Origin: Longimicrobiales bacterium
GTDB taxonomy: Bacteria; Gemmatimonadota; Gemmatimonadetes; Longimicrobiales; Gaopeijiaceae
Direction: 5' to 3'
Assembly (NCBI GenBank): GCA_046537985.1
Contig: JBKHJU010000001.1
Span: forward strand, 1 to 50,448
DNA: 50,448 nucleotides
The notes under the pieces: generated by a model
The model's database searches: none
Told to the model about the DNA's origin: nothing
What the model saw: the letters and a program-made list of their open reading frames with translations, nothing else
Part shown: positions 17,003 to 25,455 of the stretch, one piece after another
Layout: each line of letters begins with the position of its first letter
How positions within the stretch are numbered: the stretch's first letter is position 1
Position numbers and translations under genes: made by a program

Positions 17003-18165
17003 GGGCCGTCCCCAGCGTCGACCAGAAGCGGGCCGATCCTCCGCGACATCAACTCGGCGTAGTCCGGGTTCAGGTCGATCAGGACGGCCTCCCGTCCGTG
17101 ACCGGTGGCCACCATTCCGGTCGTGCCCGAGCCGGCGAAGGGGTCGAGGACCACGCAGGGAACCGGGTCGTCCGCCTCCCCAAAGCACTCGCAGGTCGGG
17201 CGCCAGTCCACGTGCCGGCGTCGCCCCGCGCTCCTCATGTTTCCGCTGGCCTGCCGGCGGCCGTTCACGCCGACCCGCTCCCCGCGGTCCGAGCGAGCGA
17301 TCTCCATGGGCGTGACGTCGACGACCCTCTCGAGCGGGGCGAGGCACTCGGGGCAGGCCCCGGCCGCGCTGGTTCCGGCCAGGACGCACGGCTCGACGAG
17401 TTCCGGCGGGTAGACCGCGAAGTGGGCCTCCGGGTACGGCCTGGTCGTGACGGTCCAGACGCTCCGGAGGTTTCTCCTGGGCCCCTCGGCCCCGGGCACG
17501 TTCCTGGGCGGGAAGCCACCGCTCTTGTCCCGGTCGCGGCCCCTCGCGGCCGCCGTGCCCTGCTCCCCGCGCCCGGTGACCCTCGCCTTCTCGGGGTACC
17601 GCTCCGACTCGTCCGTCCGGGACGGCTCGGACACGGCGTCGGGGTCGTAGTAGTACCTCTCGCTCTTGGACAGCAGGAACAGGTACTCGTGGGCCCTCGT
17701 CGGGCGGTCGAGGACGCTCTCGGGCATCGGGTTCGGCTTCGACCACACGACGTCCGAGCGGAGCCACCAGCCGTCCGCCCGGAGCGCGAAGGCGACCCGC
17801 CAGGGGACCCCGACCAGGTCCTTCGGCTTGAGGCCGGAGACCCGGACGTCGCTCCTGGGGACCTCACTCCGGTCCCGCCTGCGCGACACCGTCGAGGATC
17901 CGAACGAGCGGGCCCCGGCGTAGCTGTCACCGAGGTTGAGCCACAGGGTGCCGTCGGGGCGGAGCACCCGGCGCACCTGCCGGAAGGCCTCGACCAGGGA
18001 CTCCACGTAGTCCTCGACGGTCTCCTCGAGGCCGACCTGACCCGCGACCCCGTAGTCCCGGAGGTTCCAGTAGGGAGGGCTCGTCACGCAGCAGTGGACG
18101 GACTCGGGCGGCAGGGAGCGCAGGACCTCCCGGCAGTCCCCGACGAGGACGCGCGCCCTGCTCAC
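16999..18165 (-). CDS. DNA methyltransferase, N4-cytosine/N6-adenine family (beta class)
   Basis: Motif IV SPPY near the N-terminus and motif I FAGSGTT near the C-terminus. ParB-less phage MTase architecture. Confidence 0.8.
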   Translation of the reverse strand: MSRARVLVGDCREVLRSLPPESVHCCVTSPPYWNLRDYGVAGQVGLEETVEDYVESLVEAFRQVRRVLRPDGTLWLNLGDSYAGARSFGSSTVSRRRDRSEVPRSDVRVSGLKPKDLVGVPWRVAFALRADGWWLRSDVVWSKPNPMPESVLDRPTRAHEYLFLLSKSERYYYDPDAVSEPSRTDESERYPEKARVTGRGEQGTAAARGRDRDKSGGFPPRNVPGAEGPRRNLRSVWTVTTRPYPEAHFAVYPPELVEPCVLAGTSAAGACPECLAPLERVVDVTPMEIARSDRGERVGVNGRRQASGNMRSAGRRRHVDWRPTCECFGEADDPVPCVVLDPFAGSGTTGMVATGHGREAVLIDLNPDYAELMSRRIGPLLVDAGDGP

Positions 18166-19421
18166 CCTACCGGCTCCCCGTGAAGCCTCTCCCAGAGAGC
18201 CAGGAACGCCACCGCCGCTGCCACCGGGTCCACTCCGTTCCCAATGGCTCGGAGCCGGTTAGGCCGATGGGCCATCGCATCAACCATTCCACAAAGCGCG
18301 GGTTCAAGCGACGGTGCGACTTCGAGCACTCGGGCCCACATCTCAAGCTGGTCGGGCCCGGGGGGATCGAGCGGGAGGCACCCAGAAGCGAGGGTTTCGA
18401 GCCGTCCGACCGGGTGATGTACTCCGTCGCGTTCTCCCCGTCCGCCCTCCGGGGGGTCGGCCACACCTCGGCCACCCGGTCGAGCTGGTCCCTCCGCTCG
18501 GCGAAGATCCCCGTCCCCTCCGTCCGGTTCGGAGGCACCCCGCCCTTGTAGTCCCTCGCGCTCGGGGTCGGCCAGCCCCGGATCGCGTCCGTGAGGCTTT
18601 CCCGCCCGGTGCTCTCCGAGTCGGTCGCCACGGGCGTCGGCCACTGGCGGGCCGTGTTGTTCAGCGCCCCGCCCATCCCCCGCTCTCGTCCCCCGCCCGG
18701 GTTGCCGTCCGAGGTCTTGTGGTCCTTCCCCCTGGGCGTCGGCCACTTCCGGGCCCAGGGAGAACCCGAGAACAAAGATCCTCTGCCGCTCGTGGTGAGC
18801 GCCGAGTCCTCCCGAGCTGACAGACGCCCACTCCGCATCGAACCCGAGGAGGGCAAGGTCCCGCAGTACGGCGGCGAGCCCCGAGTCGAAAACAAGGTGG
18901 GCTGTACGTCCCGCCAGATTCCGTCCACAAGCATCGCAAACGGATCCCGGTTCCCCTGGGGTCGCTGCACACCGGGGCCCGGGCGAGTTGACGCGACAGT
19001 GGATGCAGAGGGTGGCGTAGACATCACCGGAGGCGAGGCCGGGGACATTCTCGAGGAACACCCACCCGGGGCGGACCTCCCGGATGGCGCGGCGGATGTC
19101 GGGCCACAGCCACCGGTCGTCCTCGGTGCCCTTCCGTTGACCCGCATGGCTCCACGGCTGGCAGGGGAAGCCGGCAGCGACGAGATCCACCTTTCCGCGC
19201 CAGAGGTGGCCCGGGAAGGTTTGGAGATCGTCCCAAACAGGCGCCGGATCCATGACCTCCTCTTCCATGAGGGCCACGAGAGCGGCCGCAGAGAAGGCTT
19301 CCCGCTCACAATAGCCCACAACTCTGTATCCTCGGCCCAGGGCGAGTCGGAGACCGAGCTCCAGTCCTCCGACTCCAGCGCAGAGGGCGAGTCCAGTCCG
19401 GGGACGTGGAGCCACATTCAC
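18162..19421 (-). CDS. DNA (cytosine-5)-methyltransferase
   Basis: Motif I LCAGVGG, motif IV GFPCQPWS, ENV motif. The variable region is low-complexity. Confidence 0.8.
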   Translation of the reverse strand: MNVAPRPRTGLALCAGVGGLELGLRLALGRGYRVVGYCEREAFSAAALVALMEEEVMDPAPVWDDLQTFPGHLWRGKVDLVAAGFPCQPWSHAGQRKGTEDDRWLWPDIRRAIREVRPGWVFLENVPGLASGDVYATLCIHCRVNSPGPRCAATPGEPGSVCDACGRNLAGRTAHLVFDSGLAAVLRDLALLGFDAEWASVSSGGLGAHHERQRIFVLGFSLGPEVADAQGEGPQDLGRQPGRGTRAGDGRGAEQHGPPVADARGDRLGEHRAGKPHGRDPGLADPEREGLQGRGASEPDGGDGDLRRAEGPARPGGRGVADPPEGGRGERDGVHHPVGRLETLASGCLPLDPPGPDQLEMWARVLEVAPSLEPALCGMVDAMAHRPNRLRAIGNGVDPVAAAVAFLALWERLHGEPVG

Positions 19422-19428
19422 CGTCCCC

Positions 19429-19743
19429 TCACAGCAGCCGCTCCTGGCGGGACACGGTGCCGCCGCGGTCGTGGTACTCCTCCGCGTCCTCCGAGATCAC
19501 CCTCGTCTCTCCGAAGTGATGCACCACCAGGTCCTCAGCGTACTCCCCGAAGTCGATCGACACCCACCACCACCCCTCCTCCCACTCGTCGCCCGGCACC
19601 CACCTCCGGTCCTCCGCCGCCAGGTCGCACTTGAGCTCCTGGACGAAGTCGCGGAGGTACGGGGTGCGAACCGCGACGCCCCGCTCCCCGGTCTCCGGGT
19701 GCGAGACGCCCCACTCGACCTCGACCCTTCGGGGCTCACCCAT
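19429..19743 (-). CDS. Hypothetical 104-aa Trp-rich protein
   Basis: Coding-like ORF coupled to neighbours. Confidence 0.45.
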   Translation of the reverse strand: MGEPRRVEVEWGVSHPETGERGVAVRTPYLRDFVQELKCDLAAEDRRWVPGDEWEEGWWWVSIDFGEYAEDLVVHHFGETRVISEDAEEYHDRGGTVSRQERLL

Positions 19744-20200
19744 CGTCCGGGCCCCTCTCCTCGAGCCACCGGAGGTCCGTCTCTGCGATCTCCTCCAGGC
19801 GCTCCAGCGCCCTGCGGACGTTCGTCCTGCGTGACGGCCTCGGGGTCGTCTGGGCGGCCTCCAGGGCGTGCTCGGCCAGGTTGCGGAACCGGGCCAGCGT
19901 CTCCCGGGCGAGCGCCTCCAGGTCTCTCACGCGGCGACGCTTGCTGTCCTGGTCCCACTCGCGCATCATCCGCACGCTGTGTTCCCGATCGAGACGGGAG
20001 CGGAGGACCTCCACCTCCCTCTCGAGGAGTGCCACCTCCCGGAGCGAGCTCGTCACGGCCCCCCCGGCGATCTCGGCGGTGCGAACCCGGGGCGCGTTCT
20101 CCGGCGTCCACTCCCGGGCCTGGCTTCTGAGGGGGTCGGTCGTGGTCTCCGCGCCCCCCTCCCCGTCGGTGACGTCGCGGTCCCGCTCGCGGTCACTCAT
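19736..20200 (-). CDS. Hypothetical acidic coiled-coil protein (155 aa)
   Basis: Internal ATG at 20200 overlaps the upstream stop. The N-terminal 122 aa of the listed ORF is low-complexity. Confidence 0.4.
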   Translation of the reverse strand: MSDRERDRDVTDGEGGAETTTDPLRSQAREWTPENAPRVRTAEIAGGAVTSSLREVALLEREVEVLRSRLDREHSVRMMREWDQDSKRRRVRDLEALARETLARFRNLAEHALEAAQTTPRPSRRTNVRRALERLEEIAETDLRWLEERGPDDG

Positions 20201-20390
20201 CGTCGCCCACCTCCTCGACCCGCGCCTCGGTCTCGGGGGGTCCGCCCAGGCGCTCCCACACGCCGTAGGCGAGGTCCGCCAGCTTCTCGGGATGGACTGC
20301 GGAGTGACCCGTCGCCTCGACCTCCACGCGGGCGTGGCAGTCACCCACCGCCTCCTCCAGGGTGACCCGGACCATCTCGCCCTCAAACAT
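20193..20390 (-). CDS. Hypothetical 65-aa protein
   Basis: Compact acidic ORF coupled to the exonuclease gene. Confidence 0.4.
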   Translation of the reverse strand: MFEGEMVRVTLEEAVGDCHARVEVEATGHSAVHPEKLADLAYGVWERLGGPPETEARVEEVGDDE

Positions 20391-21150
20391 CGTGCCCCCC
20401 CAGGATCAGCCGACAGAAGGCCTTCGTCTCCGGCGGGAAGTCCGAGGTCAACATCCACTGAAGGTAGTCCGGGGCGGACGCGGCGGGCGCCCCCCTGTGC
20501 TTCCCGAAGTTGAACACGACCTCCCCGTCCTCCCTCCGGAACCTCCCGTCCCGGTCCACCTCCCACTCGGGGGTTGAGAGCTCCGCCATCTCCTCCAGGT
20601 CCAGGCCAAACGTCCGAGCCATCCCGACCGTCAGGTCCGGCAGCCCCTCCGTGTCGGCCTCGGCACCGTGGGCGCGGTCACCCAGGTCTATGCCCGCGAA
20701 CCGGAATAGCGCCTCCTCCAGCGTTCGGGGCTCGCTGCGGCGCCACACCTCGTACAGGTCCACCTCCGGGACGACGATCCGGTCCCACTCGTCGCGCTCG
20801 AGCCCATCCTCCCCGGCCAGCCGGAGCTCCCGGTCCAGCAGGACCGTGTCGAAGGCCCGGATGTTGTAACCGACCAGGACGCAGCCCCGGACGGCCTCCT
20901 GAATCTGCGGCGCCAACTCCTCGAAGATCGGCGCGTCGGCCACGTCGTCGTCGGAGATCCCGTGGACGGCGGTCGCCGCCTCCGGTATGAACCGGCCCGG
21001 GTGAACCAGGTGCTGCCACCGGGCCACGACCTCCCATCCGGCGCCGTGACGGTCCGCCACCACGGCGGCGATCTCGACCACGCGGTCGCCGTACGGGTCG
21101 GTACCGGTGGTCTCCAGGTCGAAGAAGAACGCTCTGTCTGGCAGTCCCAT
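20383..21150 (-). CDS. DnaQ-like 3'-5' exonuclease (DEDDh)
   Basis: Exo I FFDLETTG, Exo II VGYNIRAFD, Exo III HGAEADT. ATG preceded by GAGAGAGGAGAGAGAG. Confidence 0.75.
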   Translation of the reverse strand: MGLPDRAFFFDLETTGTDPYGDRVVEIAAVVADRHGAGWEVVARWQHLVHPGRFIPEAATAVHGISDDDVADAPIFEELAPQIQEAVRGCVLVGYNIRAFDTVLLDRELRLAGEDGLERDEWDRIVVPEVDLYEVWRRSEPRTLEEALFRFAGIDLGDRAHGAEADTEGLPDLTVGMARTFGLDLEEMAELSTPEWEVDRDGRFRREDGEVVFNFGKHRGAPAASAPDYLQWMLTSDFPPETKAFCRLILGGHDV

Positions 21151-21284
21151 CTCTCTCTCCTCTCTCGAGTAATGCCTATCCCTAACGAAACTGTGGCCTC
21201 AGACCTCCGGCGCCAGGACCTCGTCCCGAAGCGCTCGGGCGACGTGGTGGGCCATCGGGGGCGGGACGGAGTTTCCGACTCTCT

Positions 21285-21839
21285 TCACCTCTGCGCTCCC
21301 GTCTCTCGGTTAATCTCTCTCAGGATGCCCCGGGCCAGGGCCTCCCGCAACACGGCGTCCGGCAGCTCCCCCCGCTCTCGGAGGCGGCGGACGGCCCGCT
21401 CCACGTGGCGGCGGCCGTGCTCCTCGAGGGTCAGGCCGGTGGCCTCGAGGAGCTCCGCCGCGGCGACGGACGGGGGCTCCCCGGGGCGCCCGTGCAGCCG
21501 GTCGTGGACCAGCCCGCCGGCGGGGACCAGACCGTCCAGGTCGGACCGTCCCAGGTGGTGGGCGGTGTGACCGCCCCGGACGCTCCGGCGGCACTCGTGG
21601 CCCGGGTCCACCAGCAGCCAGATACACGGCTCGAGCCTGACCGTCTCCCAGACCGGGCCGTGTCGCAGGACCGTCCGCCTCTCGGACCAGGACCGGGAGC
21701 GGAGCCGCGAGTAGCGGACCAGCTCCGAGTTTCGGCGACGGTACCCCCGGCCCCGCTCCTCCTCCCTCTCGCAGGCGCACGGCACCAGCGGGGATCCGCA
21801 CTCCGGGCAGGGGAGCCCGCCGGAGTCTCTGGGCCTCAC
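21285..21839 (-). CDS. Hypothetical Cys/His-rich protein; possible nuclease
   Basis: CPECG...CAC and HTAHHLG..LVHDRLH. Only the C-terminal 185 aa of the listed ORF is credible. GTGA start. Confidence 0.35.
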   Translation of the reverse strand: MRPRDSGGLPCPECGSPLVPCACEREEERGRGYRRRNSELVRYSRLRSRSWSERRTVLRHGPVWETVRLEPCIWLLVDPGHECRRSVRGGHTAHHLGRSDLDGLVPAGGLVHDRLHGRPGEPPSVAAAELLEATGLTLEEHGRRHVERAVRRLRERGELPDAVLREALARGILREINRETGAQR

Positions 21840-22069
21840 ATTCTCCACAGCAGTCTCCTCGCGTCCGGATCGAGCCAGGGAAACGTCAGCAGGAAGTAGA
21901 GCAGGGCCCGGAGCCTGGCCTCGGTCAGGGTCGCGGCCCGCACCCGGACCACCGGGCCGGGGCCACTGTCCACCCTCAGTCGGAGCCGGTACTCGACGCG
22001 CTCGTCGTCCGGCTCGAGGGTGGAATCCAGGACCGCCAGCCGTTTCCGGATCTCCCTCTCCGTCTCCAT
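21836..22069 (-). CDS. Hypothetical 77-aa protein
   Basis: METEREIRKRL...; internal ATG of the listed ORF. Overlaps the upstream stop by 1 nt. Confidence 0.4.
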   Translation of the reverse strand: METEREIRKRLAVLDSTLEPDDERVEYRLRLRVDSGPGPVVRVRAATLTEARLRALLYFLLTFPWLDPDARRLLWRM

Positions 22070-22257
22070 CAGGCCTCCGGGCACGGGTGCCTCCCCCCGT
22101 CCGGGTCCAGGGCGACGAGCCGCCCCCTCCCGTCCGTGTCGAACGAGACCTCCTGACCGCACGCCCGGCACGCCGCCCGGGGGGCGCGGTCAACCGTGCT
22201 GGCCGAATTGGTGAGCGAACTCGGCACCGCCGGGTATCCCTCAGCCGAGTCGGCCAC
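22069..22257 (-). CDS. Small zinc-ribbon protein
   Basis: CRACGQ...HPCPEA. Start uncertain. Confidence 0.3.
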   Translation of the reverse strand: MADSAEGYPAVPSSLTNSASTVDRAPRAACRACGQEVSFDTDGRGRLVALDPDGGRHPCPEA

Positions 22258-22723
22258 GGTACTCGTCCTCCAGGTGGGGCTGGCCGAGGACGAGAAGTTC
22301 CAGGAGCTCCCCCTCCACCTCGTCGCGGGTCCACTCCTCGTCCAGAACGGTGAATGCGTAGTACCCGGCCACGTAGGGCAGGAACCACCGGGAGTGTGGG
22401 TGTGCGTACGTCTGGCCCATTCGGACCTTCGCCTGAACCTGGAGGTGGCAGACCTGGCAGAGCGCCGGCAGGTTCCACCACCGACAGTTCGCCTTGTCGC
22501 CGTCCAGGTGGTGGACGGTCAGGACGCGGCGGCGGCGATCGGACTCGTGCGTGCACGCCGCGTCACACGGCAGGTAGCCCCGGGCCGCACCCCGCACCTC
22601 ACACTCGCCCGGATCGTCGGGGTGGCCGCACCGGACGCAGCGCCAGCCGGCCTCCTCCTTCACCCGTCGGGCGACCTCGGGCCAGTCCTCCGGGTAGCTC
22701 CCGGACCCCCGGAAGCCGGTCAC
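22241..22723 (-). CDS. HNH endonuclease
   Basis: RCVRCGH...LTVHHLDGDKANCRWWNLPALCQVCH is a classical HNH with flanking Cys pairs. GTG start overlaps the upstream stop. Confidence 0.75.
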   Translation of the reverse strand: MTGFRGSGSYPEDWPEVARRVKEEAGWRCVRCGHPDDPGECEVRGAARGYLPCDAACTHESDRRRRVLTVHHLDGDKANCRWWNLPALCQVCHLQVQAKVRMGQTYAHPHSRWFLPYVAGYYAFTVLDEEWTRDEVEGELLELLVLGQPHLEDEYRGRLG

Positions 22724-23010
22724 CTCTCCCGCTCCAGGATCTTCTCCCCGCGGCGGGCCAGGACGTAGATCAGGTCGCCGTTCACGACCTCCCGTCGCGC
22801 GGGGCCCTCCGGCGTGGGCACCGCCCGGTCCCACCGCGCCGTCGTGCGGCGACACGGGGGGTGGAGGGGGGGCGGGGCGGCAACGGACTCGTCCACCCCG
22901 CCCTCGACGTCGGCCTCGGCCCAGGCGCGGAGCGCGCCGGCCACGCCACTGCCGACCAGTGGGGCCAGGAGGATCGAGGCCCCGACAAGCGCCCACTCGA
23001 GGGGGCTCAC
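22720..23010 (-). CDS. Hypothetical membrane-anchored protein (96 aa)
   Basis: N-terminal hydrophobic helix WALVGASILLAPLVGSGVAGAL. GTGA start at 23007..23010. Confidence 0.4.
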   Translation of the reverse strand: MSPLEWALVGASILLAPLVGSGVAGALRAWAEADVEGGVDESVAAPPPLHPPCRRTTARWDRAVPTPEGPARREVVNGDLIYVLARRGEKILERER

Positions 23011-23180
23011 GCCCCCGCCAGCCAGTAGCGGAACATCCGGAGCCACTCTCCCCCCCAGACCTGCTCGTTGAAGTTGACCAGGGCCAACGTCGTGAGGGCG
23101 AGGGCGGCGATGGTGGCAGTCAGTACGGCCCTGTCGGTCCTCGTCATGGTTCTCTCCTCGTTGTCGCGGGGCTCGGTCAT
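23007..23180 (-). CDS. Small membrane protein (57 aa), not in the ORF track
   Basis: MTEPRDNEERTMTRTDRAVLTATIAALALTTLALVNF... The internal ATG has GAGGAG 6 nt upstream. ATGA overlap with the upstream gene. Confidence 0.35.
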   Translation of the reverse strand: MTEPRDNEERTMTRTDRAVLTATIAALALTTLALVNFNEQVWGGEWLRMFRYWLAGA

Positions 23181-23812
23181 GGCTCCCGGCCCTCGGTGCC
23201 CAGGGTGCCGATCACCCAGTCGAGCTCGCCGTCCTCGCCGACGGCCGGCACGACGCTCACCACCCGCTTCCCCTGGTAGTGAGGCTCGGGCGGTGTGTAG
23301 TCAGCCTCGGGATCCGGCTCCTGGTCCCAATAATCCACCGGCCCCCAAGCGCAGCGGATCCGGTGGACGCAGTCGGGGTCGTGGTCCTCCGGGCATCTGC
23401 GGGCCTGCACCTTCCAGTAGCCGTCCCGGTAGCGACCGAGGGGGTCGGGGAAGCCCGGATCCCGCCAGGAGTCCGTCCAGCTCAGCCAGCTCCATGGCAC
23501 GGGGGAGAGACAGGTGTCCTCGCGGACCCGGACCACGTGGTATTCGAGGCGGGTGATCTCTTCGGGGCGGCGGGCGGCTTCCTCTCCAATCGCCCGGTCC
23601 GCTATGGCCTCTACGACCTCCGAATCCTCGACCACCTCACTAATGGCCTCCAACCATCGTCCGTCCTGCTCGTATGCTCCACTCATAACACCGACGGCGA
23701 AGGCTTCGTCCTCCCGACTCTTTGCCTCCTGGTCCTGGATTTCCTCCCAACAGTCCGGGCACGGGAACCGCTCGTCGTCCCAATCGTGGGTGCAGGTGGG
23801 GGGCTCAGTCAT
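23177..23812 (-). CDS. Hypothetical Cys-rich protein (MTEP-start paralog group)
   Basis: CTHDW..CPDCWEE and further Cys/His pairs. ATGA overlap. Confidence 0.45.
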   Translation of the reverse strand: MTEPPTCTHDWDDERFPCPDCWEEIQDQEAKSREDEAFAVGVMSGAYEQDGRWLEAISEVVEDSEVVEAIADRAIGEEAARRPEEITRLEYHVVRVREDTCLSPVPWSWLSWTDSWRDPGFPDPLGRYRDGYWKVQARRCPEDHDPDCVHRIRCAWGPVDYWDQEPDPEADYTPPEPHYQGKRVVSVVPAVGEDGELDWVIGTLGTEGREP

Positions 23813-24267
23813 GGCTCCTCTATCTCCACGGTTTCGCGCCCCGCGCACTCTGTCGGCGGACCCTTCCAGAAGTTTTCCCACCCGGAGCGGGATCGGTCCC
23901 TCGCCGTCACGTGCACCCTCATCGGCTCCGGAAACCGGATGTCGAGACCCGGGCCTCCGTTGATCGTCAGGTCTGGGTGCCGACAGAGCGTGCCGTCACG
24001 GTGGATGCAGTCCCGGCACAGATCCATGACGCCGGGCAGGGGCACGAGAGGGGTGTGGCGTCGATAGAGCCGGGGGTGATCCTCGATGATCGCGTCCGAG
24101 CAGTCCACACAGAGCTTCACGGCCCGGGGCTCTGGCCGGTCGCGGTCGTCGTGCTCCTGCCAGATGACCAACTCCCGCTCTTCGTGGCACTGAGGGCACC
24201 GGCCCCAATCGACGGGCGGCAGGTCCTCCGTCAGACGGGGCCACCCGGCGCTCATCGGCTCAGTCAT
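23809..24267 (-). CDS. Hypothetical Cys-rich protein
   Basis: CPQCHEE...CVDCS...CRDCIH pattern. Same ATGACTGAGCC start context as the two downstream genes. Confidence 0.45.
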   Translation of the reverse strand: MTEPMSAGWPRLTEDLPPVDWGRCPQCHEERELVIWQEHDDRDRPEPRAVKLCVDCSDAIIEDHPRLYRRHTPLVPLPGVMDLCRDCIHRDGTLCRHPDLTINGGPGLDIRFPEPMRVHVTARDRSRSGWENFWKGPPTECAGRETVEIEEP

Positions 24268-24419
24268 CGTCCGTCTGTGTCCTCAGGCATCCTCTTCCCT
24301 TTCCGAACCTGCCTCCACGCCCACCGCTCGGCCTTCCGGCGACTGGCACCTTTCTCCATGCACCTCGCCTCGAAGTATCGCAGGTGCGGCCCCAGGTTCT
24401 CTCGTCTCCGGTACACCAT
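24264..24419 (-). CDS. Candidate 51-aa highly basic small protein; may instead be non-coding
   Basis: Starts ATG with GGAG 5 nt upstream and is 16 R/K in 51 aa (sequence in the finding). Stop forms ATGA with the next gene. Lies in a lower-GC stretch with atypical codons. Confidence 0.2.
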   Translation of the reverse strand: MVYRRRENLGPHLRYFEARCMEKGASRRKAERWAWRQVRKGKRMPEDTDGR

Positions 24420-24432
24420 CTCTTCTCCGCCT

Positions 24433-24708
24433 TCAGGCATCCTTCTCTCCTTGCAGACGAGCCTCGCCCTTCACCAGGACGATTCTGTAATGGCGGATGT
24501 TCCACGAGTCCGCGATACCCTTCTCCTCGGCGAACTGACGTGTCCACGCAATCCGCCGCTCTGCAATACCTTTGGACCGGAAGAGGGTCGCGGGACGAGC
24601 ACGGTCGGCCAGGTAAAGGACGGTCTCGCCACTCTCGCGGGTTACCTCCACGGCGGGTTGACCGTCGATGAGGACGATACAGCCCCTCACGCTCTCAGTC
24701 GTCGGCAT
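24433..24708 (-). CDS. Hypothetical 91-aa protein
   Basis: ATG preceded by AAGGAGG with a 5-nt spacer. Confidence 0.5.
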   Translation of the reverse strand: MPTTESVRGCIVLIDGQPAVEVTRESGETVLYLADRARPATLFRSKGIAERRIAWTRQFAEEKGIADSWNIRHYRIVLVKGEARLQGEKDA

Positions 24709-24994
24709 CGTTTCCTCCTTCCTCGCCGTCGAAGTCCCAGTGCGTCGGCCTCCCCAGTGGCTGAGGGTCAAACCACCTCGCCACCAGGGTCGCGCCCAAC
24801 TCCGGATGCCGCTCCCCCTCCGGGCCGTCCATGTTGGGCTTCCCCCAGTAGCCCAGGTCGTGGACGAAGAACGCCACCCACAGCCGGGGGTCCCACGGGA
24901 ACCCGTACAGCTTCCACCACGCCCGGGCGACGAAGAACGGGTGCATCCAGAACGCGTGGACCCCGAAGAGCACCGACCTGGTCCCGACCCTCAT
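24695..24994 (-). CDS. Hypothetical 99-aa aromatic-rich protein
   Basis: NTGA-coupled to the upstream gene. Confidence 0.45.
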   Translation of the reverse strand: MRVGTRSVLFGVHAFWMHPFFVARAWWKLYGFPWDPRLWVAFFVHDLGYWGKPNMDGPEGERHPELGATLVARWFDPQPLGRPTHWDFDGEEGGNDADD

Positions 24995-25455
24995 GACTCC
25001 CCCTCGTTCGCCGGCGCCGGTCCGACGCCACCCCGGCGTATCAGCGCCCGGGCCTCACTCGGACTGACCATCGATCCGTACATGGCCGAGGCGAGGCGTC
25101 GGGCCAACTCCCCCAGGTAGCGCCGCCGCTTTCTGGGGTTCGCCTTCTGCCTCTTGAACGCCTCCCACTCCGCCCGGTGCGCCACCACCTCCTGGTCCAG
25201 CCGAAACTCCGCGTCCCGCAGGTAGCGATCCCACCACGCCTCCGGGTCCCCGTTCTGTTGACGAACGTGCTCCGTCTCGTGGGCGATCAGGGCGGGGCTC
25301 AGGTGTGCGCCGGACGGGTTGAAGATCGTGTCCGGACCCCACGCGAATATCTCGTTGCCCGTGAGGTCGAACGCGGCGCGGATCTCGCGGATGTTCGGCG
25401 GGTTCCGCTCCACGATCCTGACGCGGGGTCGGTCGGGGCGTCCGGTCTCGCTCAT
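24991..25455 (-). CDS. DUF4157-like putative zinc metallopeptidase (HExxH)
   Basis: LIAHETEHVRQQNGD matches the HExxHxxQQ signature of DUF4157. Confidence 0.5.
   Translation of the reverse strand: MSETGRPDRPRVRIVERNPPNIREIRAAFDLTGNEIFAWGPDTIFNPSGAHLSPALIAHETEHVRQQNGDPEAWWDRYLRDAEFRLDQEVVAHRAEWEAFKRQKANPRKRRRYLGELARRLASAMYGSMVSPSEARALIRRGGVGPAPANEGES

Noticed and set aside
16514-17767. 417-aa minus-strand ORF spanning the N4/N6 MTase gene in another frame
   Set aside because: Only its last 163 aa (a GNAT fold with a GTGA-coupled GTG start at 17002) look like protein. The upstream 254 aa is Arg/Pro/Gly low complexity overlapping the MTase.
21285-22556. 423-aa ORF with long N-terminal extension
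   Set aside because: The N-terminal about 235 aa is P/R/G-rich and overlaps two better-supported small genes. The gene was trimmed to the GTG at 21839.
24260-24547. Listed 95-aa ORF (MDTSVRRGEGY...)
   Set aside because: It begins inside the preceding gene in another frame and ends out of frame with the ATGA junction. A different 51-aa frame fits the RBS and coupling better, but is itself uncertain.
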